From: Geopsychrobacteraceae bacterium
Lineage (GTDB): Bacteria > Desulfobacterota > Desulfuromonadia > Desulfuromonadales > Geopsychrobacteraceae
Length of the DNA stretch: 64,000 nt
Assembly: GCA_963676795.2 (NCBI GenBank)
Contig: CAXXTB010000001.1
Coordinates: forward strand, 928,001-992,000
Direction of reading: 5' to 3'
The notes under the pieces were generated by a model, which worked only from the letters and a program-made list of their open reading frames with translations, searched no databases and was not told the origin of the DNA. A program made the position numbers and the translations under genes. How positions within the stretch are numbered: the stretch's first letter is position 1; each line of letters starts with the position of its first letter. Shown here piece by piece: positions 63,826-64,000 of the stretch.

Positions 63826-64000
63826 ATGTACACAGTACCGACATTGAAACTGACGCTGGAAGGCGCCAACAAGATTATTGAAGCCGCGCTGGAAGAAGCC
63901 AAAGCCAAAGGGCGCAAGATCGGGGTCGCCGTTGTGGATGTCGGCGGCAACCTGATCGCCTTTGCGCGGATGGATGGCGCCTCGGTAACGACCATCAGCG
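63826..64000 (+). CDS. GlcG/HbpS-family heme-binding protein (truncated by window end)
   Basis: MYTVPTLKLTLEGANKIIEAA...VAVVDVGGNLIAFARMDGA; GGAGG RBS. Confidence 0.85.
   Translation, partial: MYTVPTLKLTLEGANKIIEAALEEAKAKGRKIGVAVVDVGGNLIAFARMDGASVTTIS

Overview
A 64-kb chromosomal window from a GC-rich deltaproteobacterium. Gene content and order suggest Desulfuromonadales (Geobacter/Pelobacter/Desulfuromonas-like); this is inference. Most of it is core genome: acpS-nnr-CBS-tsaE, lysC-cimA, efp-epmA, the dprA-smg-topA-trmFO-maf-yggS-gph-MATE cluster, trpS, lon, polA, glgP, signalling genes and perR-katG. The standout is a complete, AT-rich ~8.07-kb integrative element (44105-52175) in tRNA-Thr(CGT), bounded by a perfect 48-bp direct repeat. 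Its backbone is a tyrosine integrase, an AlpA-like excisionase, a phage-type replication initiator with phased 11-bp iterons and a DnaB-like helicase, with no recognisable capsid, terminase or conjugation genes. Its cargo is an M.NgoMIV-like C5 methyltransferase paired with a KpnI-like HNH endonuclease, followed by a 2TM/coiled-coil/GAF-like protein translationally coupled to a Panacea (SocA/DUF4065) antitoxin. That last pair is the best candidate for an undescribed toxin-antitoxin or anti-phage system. Also notable: a 52-aa dual-CXXC protein missed by the ORF track, preceded by a likely enhancer/IHF/sigma54 architecture, and a LysR-MFS-PhlG-like hydrolase module. All family assignments come from motif recognition, not database searches.
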